Assembly (NCBI GenBank): GCA_010909165.1
Contig: MU008165.1
Span: 62,001-126,000, forward strand
Length of the DNA: 64,000 bases
Reading direction: 5' to 3'
DNA from: Anthoceros angustus
Lineage: Eukaryota > Plantae > Anthocerotophyta
Part shown: in pieces, positions 62,283-64,000 of the stretch
How positions within the stretch are numbered: the first letter of the stretch is position 1
How the letters are laid out: every line of letters begins with the position of its first letter
The notes under the pieces: model-generated
Databases searched by the model: none
What the model saw: the letters and a program-made list of their open reading frames with translations, nothing else
Told to the model about the DNA's origin: nothing
Position numbers and translations under genes: made by a program

Positions 62283-62682
62283 GATGTCGAGGTCGTCGTC
62301 TGCATCGAAGCCGCCCGAATTCTTTTGGGCTTGTCGAACCACAGCGTTCTGTGTGGTGAGAAATGGTCTGTAGGAGGGTGGGAGGGATATCAAGAGAACA
62401 AGGAATGCAACAAGTTCGGAGACGGAGGTGTTGGTGGCAGCTTCATATTGAGATCTAGCTTGCTGGAAAGTGTTGATATGGTGTTCGATGTCGAGGTCTT
62501 GCATCGAGCCGAATTCTTTTGGGCTTGTCGAACCACAGCGTTCTGTGTGGTGAGAAATGGTCTGTAGGAGGGTGGGAGGGAAATCAAGAGAACAAGGAAT
62601 GCAACAAGTTCGGAGACGGAGGTGTTGGTGGCAGCTTCATATTGAGATCTAGCTTGCTGGAAAGTGTTGATATGGTGTTCGA
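62283..62682. repeat. ~200-bp tandem duplication within the copia gag
   Basis: gatgtcgaggtc...ccgaattcttttgggcttgtcgaacc...ggtgttc repeated at 62283 and 62488. Confidence 0.9.
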
Positions 62683-64000
62683 CGGAGTCAGATTCCTTCA
62701 TCTTCAGATTGAAGAAGTTGCGCATCGCGGTCATCATACTCATCACATCTCTTGAAGAATATAACTGAGCAAGGTGATCCCACATCTTAGAAGTTTTGCT
62801 TGACCGCATTGTCTTACCATATTAAGGGCTAGTCCACCGATCGAGGTCTTGAGCTTTTTCATCCTGGCGTCAGTTTCTTTGCTCTGAGCCCCACCGTGGT
62901 TTGGTGTGGACCCACTTACAACGTCCCATAGGTCTCGATTGCGGAAAAGTGCACGATTCGCAGCGCCAAACGCCCGCCCATTGAATCTATCCTTTTCCTT
63001 AAAACTGTCACCATAGTTGTGATTCACCACGGAAGGTCGTACTTCATCTTTGGGTGGATCCTGCCTCTCCTCTCGATCGTCCACGTCGGAACCAGCCATT
63101 GCAGGTGGTCACTATTGCAGCTTAGAGAGCTGAAGCGCCTTCGCATTTCCTCATCATCATGCAGGAAATACTGGGCGCAAGGAGCAAAACAAGAAGAAAC
63201 CTTTTCTGTACTGGCGTGTTTGTCAGGATGACGAGCAGCAGTAAGGGAAAGTTTGTGATGAAGACAGCTCAGCATGTTTGGATCAGTATGCTCAAGGAGG
63301 CGCTTATTGAGATCACGCACTTCTCTTGCTAACTCCTCTATGCTTGTTCTGCGTAGGGTGTGTTGACGGCGTGGTTCTCTGGCGAGAGTCTTTATCGAAC
63401 TGGAAGTTTCTTGCTTGTGTTGTTGTAAGCCTGCATTGGAGAGGAGGAAGAGGACACCTTGTAGATTTGGGATATGATCAAGAGCGAGTTCAATTGCTTT
63501 CACTTGACTTAAACTAAAGATAGTAAGCAAGTTTCTTCTAGCAATTTCTATGCCTCCCTTGATCTTCTACTTTGATTAGAATAGAGCCAATGAAGTTAGC
63601 AATAAGTATGGAATCTCCTACTATCTTACTAGACTTCCTAGCAATTCTAATCTTTGCATTCCTATATTCTATCTCTTGTCTTGCGCCTTAATCTTCTTCC
63701 AATAGCCTTGCTTGCGAGGATTGAAGGATCCATCGCATTGAAGCAAGGATTGGATGCACTGTGTGCATTATTGAAGATTAAGGAAGGCAAACATGATGAC
63801 AATCTATGACATGCAATCTAAAGAATCTATACATCTTCTAAAAAGAAATGAAGAAGAAGATGAAGAAGAAGAGTAGATCAGCATGTCAAGTTGTCCAATG
63901 CAAATAGAGAGCAGCAATGCTCGATACCATGATGAGAATCATAGCTCTAGGTAGCAAAACATAGCAAGATAGTAGAAAGCTTTGCACAAAAGTTGTATGC

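Larger units (their letters stand above)
55851..64000 (-). mobile_element. Ty1/copia retrotransposon with both LTRs (5' LTR runs off the window), degenerate gag-pol and a long 3' region
   Basis: 3' LTR at 55851-56131 (TGATGA...TCATCA) with PPT AGTGAGTGGGAG at 56132-56143. The same LTR sequence restarts at 63930, with tRNA-Met PBS TGGTATCGAGC at 63919-63929. gag KEKDRFNG, knuckle CNWCRIPNHMEKDC, protease WYMDSGATSHIC, integrase TFTDDYSRF...LRSDNGGEF, RT KYKARLVA-like and LLLYVDD. Confidence 0.93.

Noticed and set aside
63024-63530. Separate 168-aa gene upstream of the copia gag
   Set aside because: It lies between the PBS and gag and overlaps the gag start in another frame; most likely a frameshifted gag N-terminal extension or leader.

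Overview
This is land-plant nuclear DNA. A hornwort is most likely, with a fern or lycophyte possible; this is inferred from a DYW:KP/GRP-type PPR editing factor and many short 80-100 bp introns. The left two-thirds (1-43 kb) is gene-rich. It holds RPA1 with a Gly-rich/CCHC tail (partial), a PLS-class PPR-DYW:KP protein with an N-terminal OSB-type PDF motif, a glutaredoxin-domain protein, a monoacylglycerol lipase-like hydrolase and an A1 aspartic protease. It also holds a 4-exon LBD transcription factor, an orphan TE-type 488-aa ORF, EXO1, a BASS transporter and a conserved 5-exon plant protein. A 3-exon secreted PSY-like sulfated-peptide precursor is present that the ORF track does not recover. 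Intergenic DNA holds a 1,004-bp TIR element with a 6-bp TSD, a 7 x 157-bp tandem array, minisatellites and gene relics. The right third (43-64 kb) is a nest of degenerate LTR retrotransposons: a rearranged chromovirus, two Ty1/copia elements and an LTR-associated element with a long extra ORF. Six near-identical tandem duplications (0.2-1.5 kb) recur, several with junction microhomology. Most frameshifts in host genes fall inside them, so many are probably long-read or polishing errors. No rRNA, tRNA or CRISPR array was seen. The ORF track uses GTG/TTG starts, so several listed starts are not real ATGs. All family assignments come from motif recognition by eye; no database search was run.
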